In this document: piece after piece, positions 10,801-23,300 of the stretch | Layout of the letters: every line of letters starts with the position of its first letter | Numbering within the stretch: position 1 is the stretch's first letter | Virus record (IMG/VR): IMGVR_UViG_2061766007_000921 | Length of the DNA: 64,000 bases | Strand: one strand, 5' to 3' | Source: an uncultured virus (IMG/VR IMGVR_UViG_2061766007_000921) | Lineage: Duplodnaviria > Heunggongvirae > Uroviricota > Caudoviricetes | Made by a program: the position numbers and the translations under genes | The notes under the pieces: model-generated | What the model was told of the DNA's origin: nothing | Databases searched by the model: none | The model's input: the letters and a program-made list of their open reading frames with translations, nothing else

Positions 10801-11867
10801 TTATTTCTTAGATATTTTATCTAAAATTTCTTCAATTGTCCATCCTTCTATCCAATTCAATTTATGGTCTTTTGCATAAGTTCTTTTACGAACATCTTCG
10901 TCAGTCCATATTTTGACAGCTCTATTATAATATGATGAAGTTTCTGATTTTTCTTTCATATAAAGAAGCCTATTTATATCTTCTTTATTATTTTTATCAA
11001 ATGGATGTTTTCCGTGAACCCACATTCCATTAAATTCAATATACAAATTTAAAGATGGAATATAAAAATCACAATGAAAAGGATATTGTTCAGAAATATA
11101 TTCTCTTTTTACATCTTTAAACTTATCAAGAAGTATATGATATAATTCATTTTCTTTTTTAGAACCGCTGTATCCTTTTTCCTTTTCTTGTGCAATTTTT
11201 GTTTTTTCTACACAATCTGCAGAAGTAAGATAATATTCTGTTCCAAAATGATTTATGCAAGTTTGTTTTGATTTTTCTTTAAATATTTCGGTTTGTGTTA
11301 TATAATCTGCTCCGTATTTTTCTTTGCAAGTCTGTTTTGATTTTTCTTTAAATTCTTCAGTTTTAAAATATGATTCTTCACCATATTTTTCTAAACTTTT
11401 TTGTTTTGTTAATTCTTTATATTCTTCTCTTTTTGTAGGATGTTCTACTCCGTATTTTTTTAAAGATGTATTTTTTATTTTTTCTTTACATTCTTTAGTT
11501 TTAGCATATGATGATACATTGTATCTTTTGATGCAAGTCTCTTTATGTTGTTGTCTCGTATTCGGATCATTTGCAGAACACTTTGCAGAACAATGCATTG
11601 AAAATCCATGTCCTTTTATAAACTTTACATTTTTTCCACATATTATACATGTTGGCCTTATTTCTAAATTATGTTTTAATCTATAAAGTGTTTCATATAT
11701 AGATGTAGAATCTGAATATCTTTTGCTTAAGTAATTAAAAATTTCCAAATGAGAATTTTTCCACTTATCAGAAAATAAATTAGAATTTAATTTATTACTT
11801 TTATTATANNNNNNNNNNNNNCTATATCTTTGCCGCAGTGTAAATTAAGATCATCAAAGTATTTCAT
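10801..11867 (-). CDS. Putative homing endonuclease (KYG repeats plus Vsr/PD-(D/E)xK domain); 5' end spans an N gap
   Basis: CxxC, repeated KKYG/EKYG, CDFYIP..NLYIEFNG.W.H; probable ATG at 11867. Confidence 0.65.
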
Positions 11868-11941
11868 ATTTGTATATTACTTTATATATTTATTTCAAAC
11901 AAACGACAAAAAATCAATTATACTCTCCGGGCTGAAATAAA

Positions 11942-12739
11942 CTAAATTGTTTTACTGCTTTCTATTTCTCTATCTATATCATTAACAAAATCATCTAACA
12001 TTTTTCTGTCATTTTCTGAAAATGCTAAAGATAACAAATATATAAAATCATCATAGCAATTATAATTTCCTTCTAGAAAATAATCTGCAGCCCAACGTGC
12101 TTTATGAATTTGAAATACATTGCTAGACAATTCATACATATTTCCAGGAAACATTTCAGCGTACCATCTATTAGTTAATTCAGGAAAGTTTGTACCTTTA
12201 TCTAAATATAAAAACGGACAATTTATCCAATAAAATGTACCCGGAAAATGCCATTTATATTTTGTAGGAATTTCAGATCCTCTCATTACGAGATAACTAT
12301 AAAATACAGTTATTTCTGTAGTTAAATTTGTTTTAATTTCTTCAATATCTCGTAAATTGAAATAATACATTGCACAAGTCCAGTACTTAAGATTTTCATT
12401 AAAATCATTAGTAAATCCTTTGCTGTGTCCAAAAAATGTTAGTGAATCTGATGTACTTATAGTATCTATGATTTCCTTTTTAAATGCCAAAGCTTCACGG
12501 TAATAATAATCATTTTTATATACCTTAAAAGTAAGAATTTTAGTATACTTAAATATTTCTATAAATTTAATTTTTAATGATTGTATATACTCATAGTCTT
12601 CTGTATTATCAACAGACAATACTATAAGCACTTCATCAAAAATATTATTAAATCTTTTTAAACACGCAAAATGATAATCATATATTAATGGAAACTCTTG
12701 TTTTGGTGCATAAAAATAATATACAAATTTAAGTTTCAT
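11942..12739 (-). CDS. Hypothetical, probable glycosyltransferase-like; paralog of next gene
   Basis: Shared GHxKG, FPGTFYWIN and R.YAE.FPG motifs. Confidence 0.55.
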   Translation of the reverse strand: MKLKFVYYFYAPKQEFPLIYDYHFACLKRFNNIFDEVLIVLSVDNTEDYEYIQSLKIKFIEIFKYTKILTFKVYKNDYYYREALAFKKEIIDTISTSDSLTFFGHSKGFTNDFNENLKYWTCAMYYFNLRDIEEIKTNLTTEITVFYSYLVMRGSEIPTKYKWHFPGTFYWINCPFLYLDKGTNFPELTNRWYAEMFPGNMYELSSNVFQIHKARWAADYFLEGNYNCYDDFIYLLSLAFSENDRKMLDDFVNDIDREIESSKTI

Positions 12740-13520
12740 TTACTTTATTATCAATGTATTTTACAAAATTATTAAATCCGTTTAATTGTTCTTCGCTGTA
12801 TATAATTTTTTTACTTTCTGTAAAACCTTTATATAAATCTGGATTTCCGAGTAATACATATTTTCCAGGAAATGTTACGCGAGGAACCCAACTACTGTTA
12901 GAATTTATATCAACAATATTTCCTGGAAATAATTCAGCATATGATCTATTGCCGACATTAATATTTGGTACTTCACGAATTTCTTGTACCAATTGCATTG
13001 GATTTATCCAATAAAATGTACCAGGAAAATACCATTCATATCTGTTTGGAATATTATTGCAACAAACAAAAAATCCATGAAATATTGACATATCAACAAC
13101 CATACATTTCTTTAGCAAATCTATATCAAACAAATTGAAATAATACATTGCCAATACCCACTCTTTTAAATGTTCATTCCAAGGATGTGTTATTCCTTTA
13201 CCGTGTCCAAATAATACAAGTTTGTCTTCTATATCTAATTTATCAATTATTTCAGATTTAAATGCAGATACTTCTCGTAAATCATAATCATTTTGTATTA
13301 CATGAAAAGAAACATTTTTTGTAAATCCTATATCTAAAAATTTCTTTTCTACTTTATTGATTGTATCTTCATCAGATAAATCATCTGTTGCTAACACAAT
13401 ATCGTATTCATCAAAAACTTTTGCATAATATTCTAAACAAGCAAAATGATATTTGTATTGTATAGAATTCATGCAATCTTTTGAAATATACAAATAATAT
13501 ACTAATTTAAGTCCTATCAT
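12729..13520 (-). CDS. Hypothetical, probable glycosyltransferase-like; paralog of previous gene
   Basis: Same motifs; tandem duplicate. Confidence 0.55.
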   Translation of the reverse strand: MIGLKLVYYLYISKDCMNSIQYKYHFACLEYYAKVFDEYDIVLATDDLSDEDTINKVEKKFLDIGFTKNVSFHVIQNDYDLREVSAFKSEIIDKLDIEDKLVLFGHGKGITHPWNEHLKEWVLAMYYFNLFDIDLLKKCMVVDMSIFHGFFVCCNNIPNRYEWYFPGTFYWINPMQLVQEIREVPNINVGNRSYAELFPGNIVDINSNSSWVPRVTFPGKYVLLGNPDLYKGFTESKKIIYSEEQLNGFNNFVKYIDNKVNET

Positions 13521-14539
13521 TATTTCCAGTATGAATACATTCCTTTATTAATTTCATATGAAGGCCACTTGAATCTTTCTCTTAATTCTAATGTTTTTGC
13601 CCACTCCCACATATCTACTAGTCCATCATGTAAATCTTTATCTTCTGAATAATCAAGCAATTCTACAGATTTTTCATATGATGGAACTGCATGTTTAACT
13701 TCATATCTTGCTTCTTTATATACAACAGGAGTAGGACCTATAACTGATTGAATTATTGATGCTGCTTCTTTTATTGTGTGTTCAGCAATACCTCCAACAT
13801 TTATAATTTGTTTGCTTGCTTCTTTATATGTTGCTGCTGCCCAAAGACAAGGAGTCACATTTTCAATATTGCTAAATGCTCTTGTTTGCTGTCCAGAACC
13901 ATATATTGTAAGTGGTTCATTATTAAGTTTTTGGTACATCCAAATTCCAAGAACATTTCTGTATCTATCAAATATATTTTGACCAACTCCGTAAACATTA
14001 TGAGGTCTAATAATACACCAATCTAAACCATGTTGAATACCAGCAGATTGAATATCAAGTTCACAAGCATATTTTGAAATTGCATAAGGATCAAGAGGAT
14101 GAGGAATTAAATCTTCTGTAAATCGCTTTCCTAATTTTCCATCTCCATATACACTCATAGATGATGTATAAACAAGTCTTTTAACATCATATTCTATGCA
14201 ACAATTAATAATGTTTGCAGTTGATAATGAATTATTGCTCCAATTAAATTTTCTAATAAATGGCGAAAGACCTTCAGCAGCATATGCTGCTAAATGAAAA
14301 ACATATACAGGTTTATATGTCTTAAATATGTCTATCAGTTTTTCATCTTCTACATCTATTTGATAAAATATAAATTTATCCTTTCCAAAATAGTTATATA
14401 CTGCATCAATGTTTTCCTTTAATCCGCCAAATAAATTATCTATTCCAATTACAGTATATTCAGGAAATTTTGTAAGAATATGTGTTGCAAGATTCATTCC
14501 CAGCAAGCCTGCTACTCCTGTTATAACAACCGATTTCAT
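13520..14539 (-). CDS. NAD-dependent sugar epimerase/dehydratase
   Basis: ITGVAGLLG, HLAA, YAISK, RPHNVYG. Confidence 0.9.
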   Translation of the reverse strand: MKSVVITGVAGLLGMNLATHILTKFPEYTVIGIDNLFGGLKENIDAVYNYFGKDKFIFYQIDVEDEKLIDIFKTYKPVYVFHLAAYAAEGLSPFIRKFNWSNNSLSTANIINCCIEYDVKRLVYTSSMSVYGDGKLGKRFTEDLIPHPLDPYAISKYACELDIQSAGIQHGLDWCIIRPHNVYGVGQNIFDRYRNVLGIWMYQKLNNEPLTIYGSGQQTRAFSNIENVTPCLWAAATYKEASKQIINVGGIAEHTIKEAASIIQSVIGPTPVVYKEARYEVKHAVPSYEKSVELLDYSEDKDLHDGLVDMWEWAKTLELRERFKWPSYEINKGMYSYWK

Positions 14540-14542
14540 AAA

Positions 14543-15004
14543 TTATTTAAGATATATTATTCTTTGGTTAGATGAACCTCTAAATGCAAGACTTGTATCT
14601 CTTAAATAATATTTGTATGGTCCATCTACCATAACATCACATAAACTTAATATTTTATCTTTCCATTTGTCTTTTACAGCTTCTTCATAAATTTCAGAAG
14701 AATAAATCCATATATCTTTTTTAGGATATTTAAGTTTTACTATTTTAAGCAAAATATAAAGCTGTATTAAACTTTTTTTATTTTGCAACAATGGATCTCC
14801 TCCTGAAATAGTAAGTCCTTGTATATAATTTGGCTTAAGTGCTTCTAAGACTTCTTTTAATATTTTAGTTTTTCCTTGATTGTAATCCCATGTTTCAGGA
14901 TTATGACAACCTTTACAATGCCTGCTACAACCTGCTACCCACAGTGTTGCTCTAAATCCTGTTCCATTGTTTATATCTGGACTTGTAACTTTAATATATC
15001 TCAT
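14543..15004 (-). CDS. nrdG: Anaerobic ribonucleotide reductase activase
   Basis: NGTGFR, CSRHCKGC, SGGDP, FRGSSNQ. Confidence 0.95.
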   Translation of the reverse strand: MRYIKVTSPDINNGTGFRATLWVAGCSRHCKGCHNPETWDYNQGKTKILKEVLEALKPNYIQGLTISGGDPLLQNKKSLIQLYILLKIVKLKYPKKDIWIYSSEIYEEAVKDKWKDKILSLCDVMVDGPYKYYLRDTSLAFRGSSNQRIIYLK

Positions 15005-15011
15005 ATTATAA

Positions 15012-17252
15012 TTAATTCTGTATATGTTTAACTCTCTGTTCAGTTTCTTGTATTTTACCTTTATTAAATGCAGTTTTATAACTACCTGTAAGATATCCAG
15101 TTACACGACGAAGTCTTGAAATATTATCACTTCCGCATTTAGGGCATGTTTCACCAATTTCATCTTGATAACCACAATCTTCACAAGTGTCAAGAGGGAA
15201 ATTCATGGCAAAATAAGGAATATCTTTATCCATTGCATAATTTACAAGTTCTTCAAGAGCTTCAATATTGTGCTTTGAAGTTGAAGGAAGTTCTACATAA
15301 GTAATAGTTCCTGCATTTCCTTTATTTGCCCACTGTGATTCAATATCGATCTTTTCAAATGGATTCATCTCTTTCCAAACAGGAACATGAATAGAATTAG
15401 TAAAATAATCTCTATCTGAAACATCAGGAATTATTCCATATTTCTTTCTAAAGTTTTTAAGTGCAGTATAACAAAGATTTTCAGCAGGAGTAAAATATAC
15501 ACCAAAATTCAATTTGTATTTTTCTTTGAATTCTTTGCAGCGAGTAAGATAAAGATTTACAACTTTATCTGTAAGTTCCTTTCCTTCACCAACATAATGG
15601 TCTTCATTTAATAATGCATGAGTAGTTTCATTCATTCCGAGAAGGCCGATAGTTAATGTTCCATGTTTAAGTGCTGATACAATTCCTTCTTCTGGATTAT
15701 AACCTGCCATTACATTGTTTTCATACATAAACTTGGCAGATTCCATTGGTTGTTTACAAATCCAATTGAATCTTTCAATTAACATATCTTTTGCTTCAGA
15801 TATTTTAGTATCAAGCATTTCCATAAAATATCTTACAAGTGTTTCATTATCATATGATTCAGGATTTTCTTTTTCACATTTTTCTTTTGCTTCCATTGCT
15901 ATAGTAGGAAGAATAATAGTGACAGGACAAATATTTCCACGACCATCCTTTTGCTGTCCTAAACCATTGATATCCATACCGTTAACAGTTCTACAGCCCA
16001 TCGTAGCATAATATGTAAGAATATTGTTCTTATCATATCCAGCATTCATTGTTGTATCAACATTACAATAGTTAGGATAAATTCTTTGTGCTGATGATTT
16101 AAGAGCAAGTTTGAACAAATCATAATTAGGAGAATCTGGTTCTCTATTAACTCCTTTCATACATTGGAATATTCCGCAAGGGAAAATAGAAGTTCTTCCA
16201 AACTTACCAAGTCCTTCAATAGAAACTTCAAGAAGAGCACGAGTAACCATTCTTCCTTCAGGAAGAGTGCAAGTTCCATAATTCAAACTTGTAAATGGAA
16301 GTTGATTTCCTGAACGAGATTGAAGTGTATTCAAATTATGATACATTCCTTCAACTGCTTGATGACATTCTTTTAATGTCATATCTAAAGCAAATTTATA
16401 TACTTCTTTCTCTGATTTATAATAATCATCTTCTATTGAAACATCCTTAGGATCAGCATTAAGATAATCAACTTGATTACCTTCAATATCTTTAAGATAT
16501 TTTAATCCTTCAAGATAATGTTTAAAGAAACTTTTTCTTACATAAGGAACCATTGTCCAATCTATATGAGAAGCGGATACTCCTCCAAATTGTTGTAAAG
16601 ATTGTAGTTGAAAGATAACTGCTACCAGCTGCATTGCAGTATTTATAGAATTTGCAGGACGGACATCAGTTTGACGAGTTTTAAATCCATTAGCAAGCAA
16701 ATCATCAAATGGAATAGTCAAACAGTTGTGCATTCCTGCTGCATATGAATCAAGATCATGAATATAAATTCTATTGTTCAAATGATTTTCTCTTGCCATT
16801 TCGGACATGCAATTATAGAGTGCAAAATCCTTCATTATTACTCTTGTTGCTTCTCCTACACGGCCGCCGAAAGATTTTTCATCTACATTAGCATTTTGAT
16901 TTTGAACATTTTTTGCTTCAAGTTTTTCACGTATTCCTTTCATTATTTTTGATTTCTGGTCACGAATACGTGTTCTTTTATCTCTATAAAGAATAAAAGA
17001 CTTTGCAACTTCAAATTTATTCTTCTTAATTAAATAACGTTCTATTAAGTCTTGTATTTCTTCTATTGACAAAGTCTCTTGGTCTTCTGGAAGTGATGAC
17101 TGATATTTTTCTATTTCTTCATCAAGACCTTCAATAAATTTATCTGACACTGCTTGTTCACAAGATTTAAATGCTTCTTTAACTGCAATATGAATCTTTT
17201 CTAACTGATACAGTTCAGTCTTGCCATCTCTTTTAACTACTTTCTTTATCAT
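15012..17252 (-). CDS. nrdD: Anaerobic (class III) ribonucleotide reductase with ATP cone
   Basis: VVKRDG, IHDLD, MGCRT, TPAENL, RRVTGYL. Confidence 0.97.
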   Translation of the reverse strand: MIKKVVKRDGKTELYQLEKIHIAVKEAFKSCEQAVSDKFIEGLDEEIEKYQSSLPEDQETLSIEEIQDLIERYLIKKNKFEVAKSFILYRDKRTRIRDQKSKIMKGIREKLEAKNVQNQNANVDEKSFGGRVGEATRVIMKDFALYNCMSEMARENHLNNRIYIHDLDSYAAGMHNCLTIPFDDLLANGFKTRQTDVRPANSINTAMQLVAVIFQLQSLQQFGGVSASHIDWTMVPYVRKSFFKHYLEGLKYLKDIEGNQVDYLNADPKDVSIEDDYYKSEKEVYKFALDMTLKECHQAVEGMYHNLNTLQSRSGNQLPFTSLNYGTCTLPEGRMVTRALLEVSIEGLGKFGRTSIFPCGIFQCMKGVNREPDSPNYDLFKLALKSSAQRIYPNYCNVDTTMNAGYDKNNILTYYATMGCRTVNGMDINGLGQQKDGRGNICPVTIILPTIAMEAKEKCEKENPESYDNETLVRYFMEMLDTKISEAKDMLIERFNWICKQPMESAKFMYENNVMAGYNPEEGIVSALKHGTLTIGLLGMNETTHALLNEDHYVGEGKELTDKVVNLYLTRCKEFKEKYKLNFGVYFTPAENLCYTALKNFRKKYGIIPDVSDRDYFTNSIHVPVWKEMNPFEKIDIESQWANKGNAGTITYVELPSTSKHNIEALEELVNYAMDKDIPYFAMNFPLDTCEDCGYQDEIGETCPKCGSDNISRLRRVTGYLTGSYKTAFNKGKIQETEQRVKHIQN

Positions 17253-17303
17253 TTATTGCATTATTATTTTTTCTACTTGAGTTCGTAGTAAATTATTTAT
17301 TAC

Positions 17304-19214
17304 TTATAAAATTATATCATCTATTTTCTGAGCTAACTCAGTTAGTTCAACAGAATCTCCCGGATTATTTTCTAAATGTTGCTTTATTGAATCATAAATG
17401 TAACAAAATATTTCTTCATCTTTACGATTAGATTCTTCTTCTAAGAATGTTTTTAAATTAGATATTGAAAAATTATAACAAACTGGTGACCATCCAAGTT
17501 TCATTTCTTCTCTATCAGCACAAACATTATTTGTAATCTTTGATGATTCTTCCATCAAATCATGATAGTTATTCCACCAATTATCATCAAAATTAAGATT
17601 TCCAAAATTAGATTCACCTTCATTAAAATTAGTATTTTCAAACAAATAATTTCTACCAATGACAGGCATTATAGGAAATCCATTTATATTCAGAACATTA
17701 AGCAAATGATTGTCTTCTGGAAATTTATGATACATTTCAGGTGTCATATATTTCTCAAAATCTTTAAAATGACCAATCTTATACAATGTTCCATATCCAC
17801 AAAATGCATATCCTCCTTGGCAAAAACAATTAGTAAAACATGCAACTGGATATTTTCTCTTATAAAAATTATAAGATTTCAACATTGTCTCAATATAAGT
17901 TGGTTTATAAATTACATCATCATCAATGCACAATACAACATCATTTGTTCTATTATTTTTTAATCCTTCTGTAATTACTTTAACATGTTTTTTCCAAGAT
18001 TTTAAATCAGCATCATCATACCAATTTATAAAAACATTTGTAAACTTAGACAACAGGTCTTTCAAATTATTTGGTATGTTTGGATTTTCAAAAATATCAT
18101 AATAGTTCTGGTAATCAAAATCAGTTTTTGCAAGATTTACATAAACTATATCAGGAGGCATAGTATTATATAGTATACTTTCAAGAACAGGTGCAACATT
18201 TTCTATTCTTTTATACCAACTTGATATTGTTACTATAACTCTATTTCCTGCTCCTACTAAATCTTCTTTGTTTGAAGTTCTTTCTTTGTCTAATCCAAGA
18301 GATTTAAAATCTACATCATTTACATTACCTTGTAAATAATGTTCATGAAAACTATCAAATGCATATTTCATTGCCGGAAATGGTTTAGGATTAAGTTTCT
18401 TTTGCTGTTCTACAAATTCATATAATATACCCCAAAAGCTTGGAACAAATGCAGTTGGTTGATTTTTAAAATATAATCTATCCAATGTCTTATTCATTGA
18501 ATACAAAGTAATATCTCTTAAATATGCTATTTTTGTTTTGTCTTCTGGTATATTTTCACTTGTACGGTAAACTGCTCCGTAGTCGCTGAACGGACAAACA
18601 TCATTATACAACATTTCTTCATCAGGGGGAAGATGAAATATTTCAGGTAATAACATATGACCTGATATTGCAAACAAAATACTTATAAATGTATCTTCAA
18701 GACATTCATAAAGAATTTCATATGTTAAATATTTCTTATAATCTTTTGGAAAACAATCTTTCCAATACAATGTTGCTGGTCCATTAAACATCCATAAATT
18801 ATGAACTAATTGAATCTTGTTCAATGTTACAGGATATTTCTTACCATAAAAACAATATGACACATACATCTTTTCTATAAAATCTTTAGGATATATGTGG
18901 TCATCATCTATGCTTATAATCAAATCCTCAGAATCTACAATTTCCAATGTGTGGAGATGCTTTTTCCATGCCTTATAATTTTCTATAAACCAATATATTT
19001 CTATCATTGGAGAATGATTGGATATTAGTTCCAAGAGATCTTTAGGCAAATCTTCTTCGCAGTTTGGAAAATCTTCAGTACACAAGTTTACAATAATTTT
19101 GTATGGTTGTATAGTCTGTTCAAGAATACTTTCAAGAACAGATTTTACATTTTTAATACGCTTATGCCAGCTTGTTATAGTAATATATAATTTCTCTTTA
19201 ATTATCATGTTCAT
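17304..19214 (-). CDS. Glycosyltransferase with two tandem GT-A domains
   Basis: Two copies of ITI.SW.KRI.NV..VLESIL, K.WKKH and IDDD.IY. Confidence 0.75.
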   Translation of the reverse strand: MNMIIKEKLYITITSWHKRIKNVKSVLESILEQTIQPYKIIVNLCTEDFPNCEEDLPKDLLELISNHSPMIEIYWFIENYKAWKKHLHTLEIVDSEDLIISIDDDHIYPKDFIEKMYVSYCFYGKKYPVTLNKIQLVHNLWMFNGPATLYWKDCFPKDYKKYLTYEILYECLEDTFISILFAISGHMLLPEIFHLPPDEEMLYNDVCPFSDYGAVYRTSENIPEDKTKIAYLRDITLYSMNKTLDRLYFKNQPTAFVPSFWGILYEFVEQQKKLNPKPFPAMKYAFDSFHEHYLQGNVNDVDFKSLGLDKERTSNKEDLVGAGNRVIVTISSWYKRIENVAPVLESILYNTMPPDIVYVNLAKTDFDYQNYYDIFENPNIPNNLKDLLSKFTNVFINWYDDADLKSWKKHVKVITEGLKNNRTNDVVLCIDDDVIYKPTYIETMLKSYNFYKRKYPVACFTNCFCQGGYAFCGYGTLYKIGHFKDFEKYMTPEMYHKFPEDNHLLNVLNINGFPIMPVIGRNYLFENTNFNEGESNFGNLNFDDNWWNNYHDLMEESSKITNNVCADREEMKLGWSPVCYNFSISNLKTFLEEESNRKDEEIFCYIYDSIKQHLENNPGDSVELTELAQKIDDIIL

Positions 19215-20046
19215 TTATCATTTTTTGAAAATAATTTACAGTGTTTCTGAATACTTCGATACAATTTAAATATTCAGGTTTATGAAATTTTTCATATGCA
19301 ATTAAAAATGAATTTAATTTATAAGTTGCAGCATCAAGTTGAAATTTATTTTCATCAATCACAGAATTATATAATTCTGAAAAATATGCAGAATCTGGTC
19401 TATGAATTTGATACATTAATTGCACAGGACAAGTTTTTATTATTGCTCCATAGGATAACACATTCCACCAAAATAAAATATCACCATTTTTAGTATATTT
19501 AAATTTTGGTTTAAATTTATCATAAAAGCTTTTTCTTAAACAAGAAGTTTGATTAAACCAAGCATCATAAATATCTTTATATGTTAACAATGCATCATTA
19601 TTAAAATTCTTTGAATCTCTTATCATTCTTTCTTGTGTTATAAATTCAATAACACTTGGCTTCCAATCTATTAATTGATAAAATACAGGATAAGTAGAAA
19701 CAGCATCACAGTCAATATTATTATTCATATAATCAATATAATATTGAATATAATTTTGTTTCATGATATCATCTTGGTCAAACCTAAACAGTAAATCACC
19801 TGTAGCATATTCATATGACTTATTGTGTGAATCTACATACGGATTATTTTTATCTGTGCAATTAACAAATACTTTAAATCTATTGTCTTTTTTAGCAAAT
19901 GACAATAGTATATTTACTGTATTGTCTGTAGAGTGATCATCTACTAATATGCATTCAAAATCTGAATATGATTGATTTTGTATAGATTTAAGAGTATTAT
20001 ATAAATACTCTTCTCCATTATAAGTTGCAATACAAATGCTAACCAA
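19198..20046 (-). CDS. Glycosyltransferase family 2 (paralog of 6820..7785)
   Basis: VSICIATYN, VDDHSTD, FDQDD; TTG start. Confidence 0.85.
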   Translation of the reverse strand: MVSICIATYNGEEYLYNTLKSIQNQSYSDFECILVDDHSTDNTVNILLSFAKKDNRFKVFVNCTDKNNPYVDSHNKSYEYATGDLLFRFDQDDIMKQNYIQYYIDYMNNNIDCDAVSTYPVFYQLIDWKPSVIEFITQERMIRDSKNFNNDALLTYKDIYDAWFNQTSCLRKSFYDKFKPKFKYTKNGDILFWWNVLSYGAIIKTCPVQLMYQIHRPDSAYFSELYNSVIDENKFQLDAATYKLNSFLIAYEKFHKPEYLNCIEVFRNTVNYFQKMINEHDN

Positions 20047-20082
20047 ATTAAAATCAAATATTTTTAAATTATATCTAAAATA

Positions 20083-20111
20083 AAAAAAAGAGGCCAGAGG
20101 CCTCTTTTTTT
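20083..20111 (-). terminator. Intrinsic terminator
   Basis: AAAAAAAGAGGCC..GGCCTCTTTTTT. Confidence 0.75.
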
Positions 20112-20127
20112 CATTATTACTGACGGT

Positions 20128-20349
20128 TTAGTCTGCTATATTAAATGTTGCTTTGATAAAATCTTCTGCTGCTTCAATACAGTCTTTTTCATAACCTACG
20201 TGAAGAACTGTCTTTTTGCCTTTCCATATTTGAACAAATTCATATATGTTGTCTATACGATTGGTTATTTCAAACAAGTATTCTCCTACAGTAACGTGAT
20301 GATTAGATTTTAAACATTTAACAATCATTGTATATTGTCTCTTATTCAT
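20128..20349 (-). CDS. Hypothetical protein
   Basis: 73-aa ORF in operon orientation. Confidence 0.55.
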   Translation of the reverse strand: MNKRQYTMIVKCLKSNHHVTVGEYLFEITNRIDNIYEFVQIWKGKKTVLHVGYEKDCIEAAEDFIKATFNIAD

Positions 20350-20368
20350 ATAATGTAATCATTTATTT

Positions 20369-23300
20369 TTATTGTATATAATAAGCTAAGTTATCAATTG
20401 CTGGACCTGATCCAACATATACAGTTTCTGTAAGAAGATCTTTAAGCATTGCAGTTTCAGTTCCTCCAACAATTCCATATACTGGAACAATATCATGAAT
20501 TAAATTATTTGATTTATCATATATCTTCAATTCATAGAATGCAGGTCTATACTCAGGAATGTATTCATCTATACTTGTTGCATATGGAGTAGCTACATGA
20601 TATGATGTGAATATTCTAGTAGGCAAGTTAGCAGTCTTTTCATTGTCAATTGACCAATCAAGCAATGTTGCTTGTGAACCAGACTCTTCACCATATTTTA
20701 CAGCAGTTACTTTATTATTTGCAGTATGACAAATATCTACAATAATTCTTTCACCGTGATAAGGAGCTATAAGAGCAGATGGAGTATTTGTTGCATCAAG
20801 AGCTTCAAACCATGTTGCTACTCCTTGTTCTCCGTCTTTAACAGATGTTGCTTCTCCTAAACGATACAAGAATCTATTAGTTGCAAATCCAGGGTTGGTA
20901 CCATTTCCTGCACCGAATATGCTGTAGTCAATTACTCCTGTAATGTTTTCATCTGTCATTCCGTCAGATGATATTGCACCACCAAATATAGGAACAATTC
21001 CATAAGGAGATGCATTAAATACTCTCATATCTAATACATATCTGTAATTAGCTTTAAGGAATACGTCATTCAATTCGAAGCATCCATAAGTGCCAGATCC
21101 AGAGAATGTTACATATTTCAATCTCTTAGTTTCTGCAGTTTGTGAATACTCAGGAGTTGTTGCAAATCCACCCCAGCTGTAAGGTACATTATCATAGTTC
21201 TTAGCATTACCGCATCCACTGAATGTCTTTTGAGCATTCTTAATAGGATGAGCAAAACTACAACCATAGAATGTCTTCCATAATCCAGGCAATTCTGATA
21301 TAAGTGAAGTACATCCATAGAACATGTTCTTCAATGATGTTATTTCAACATCTTCATCAGGGAACAAGAATTGTACATCTTCTTCAGAACCTATTGATGA
21401 AAGCATCAAGCAATTTGCAAATGTTTCAGTAAAGCTAGCAGCTTTAGTGTTATTTACAAAGAATGATGAAGGAATAGTAGTAATATTCGAATTCTTAAAT
21501 GTCTTGTTGAATGATGTCAAGTTAACACAATTCTCAAACATTGGAGTATTAGGAATCTGCTCTATAGTTGAGTTTTCAAACAATGAATCAGCACTTGTGC
21601 AATTTACGCAATTCTTGTAAATGTTACCTACACAAAGAATCTTTGAGAAGTTCTTATTTGCAAAATTGAATCTTGGCATTGTGCTAAATACAGCTGCTCC
21701 TGATGATTGATATGCAACCAATCCGCCTCTTGTAGTAGAAACAAATGAATCACTGAATCCTTGTCCTGTTCCTGTACCGAAGCAAGGTTTCATTTCAGTT
21801 CCTGCTTCAGGTATTACATGGAACCAGCGGATGTTTTGAGTATTTGATGAATATTCTACACCATTGATTCTTTGAGTTTCATTGGTAATAGTAATTTCAT
21901 ACTCTTTTTCATTTGTCTTATAAGTATGGTAGATTGTCATTTCAACACCATCTGAACTTGCTACTGCATCAAGATGTGCATTTGAAGTTTGTTCATCTGC
22001 ATCACCCCAATCAATTATAATAGGACCAACTGTCTTGTAGTAAAGTCTTACTGTAGTATAGTTATTTTGTCCTGTTACAACAGTCATGTGAAGTTCTGTA
22101 TTGTCATACAATGCAACATTTCCTAAGTAATCTCTAGAAATTGCAATTGTATACTCAAATGGAGTAGCACCAGAACCTGTAGTAATAGTTCCAGAATATT
22201 GACTATATCTACCTCCAGTCAATACTTTGTTGTATGAATCATCCAATTCTGTAATTGTGATTTCATGTGTAGTATTAGCAAGAAGCTTGATAGTTGCAGG
22301 GTTTCCATCAGTTCCAACTACTACATTGTTATATTCACCATTAGTAAGGCTTCGTATAACTTCATTTTGGAATGAGTAAATTGCAAGATTTCTGTCAGTT
22401 ACATTTGCACCACTGTTGATTACTCTAATGTTTGCAGTAATAGGAACAAAGAATGTAAATGTTCTTTCAATATCAGTTGCAACTGTAGCAGGAAGTTCTT
22501 CCATGATAATAGGAGCAGGCTGATTGTACTTATTAGCCATTTCAGTTTGAGCGTGTGCTTCAATCTTAATCTTCTTAAGTCCAAAGTAACCTTTACCTGC
22601 TTCCGACTCATCTGGAGCATATTTGTTAGTTACAAGAGTAATAACACCTGCATTATCACTTGCAGTATATACGTAGTAGTCATTGCTATCACCATCAACA
22701 TTAATCTTAACATATCCAGGAAGTCTTACTCCGTTTTCATCTTGTAAGTAAATTACTCTAGATACAATGTTATTAACGTGGATAGGAATAGTTCTGTAAA
22801 TAGAAGGAAGATTATGAGATGCAACTTTGATAGCAGAATTTTCTCTCTTAGATACTTCTGCTGCAGTTATTGTAAGTTGTTTGGTCTGATCTGAATACTC
22901 ATAGTAGTTAAGTCCATAAGGTCTCAGATATTGACCATTAGTTACAGTAATATCAACTGCATCATCAGCAGTTCCTTCAGGTAAGAATGCTACAGTAAAT
23001 GTTGCAGAATCACCTTCATAGATTTCAACACCAGCATTGTAATCAATTTCATTTCCTGTTGAGTCAAAAATCTTGATTGATTCAAGAGTTGCAGTAGGAC
23101 GAACTGACAATGTATGTTTCTTAGTTGAATCTTTGATAGAAGTTGCAGAAATTTCATAGTAGTTCTGACCAGTAGTAGAACCTTGATATGAAACTTCAAC
23201 TGATTCAGCTGTAATATTTCTTGTTTGAAGAGGAAGACCAATATTCCAGGTTACTCCCTTATCTTCAGGAAGAACGAAGTCATCAGGTAAATAAGAAACT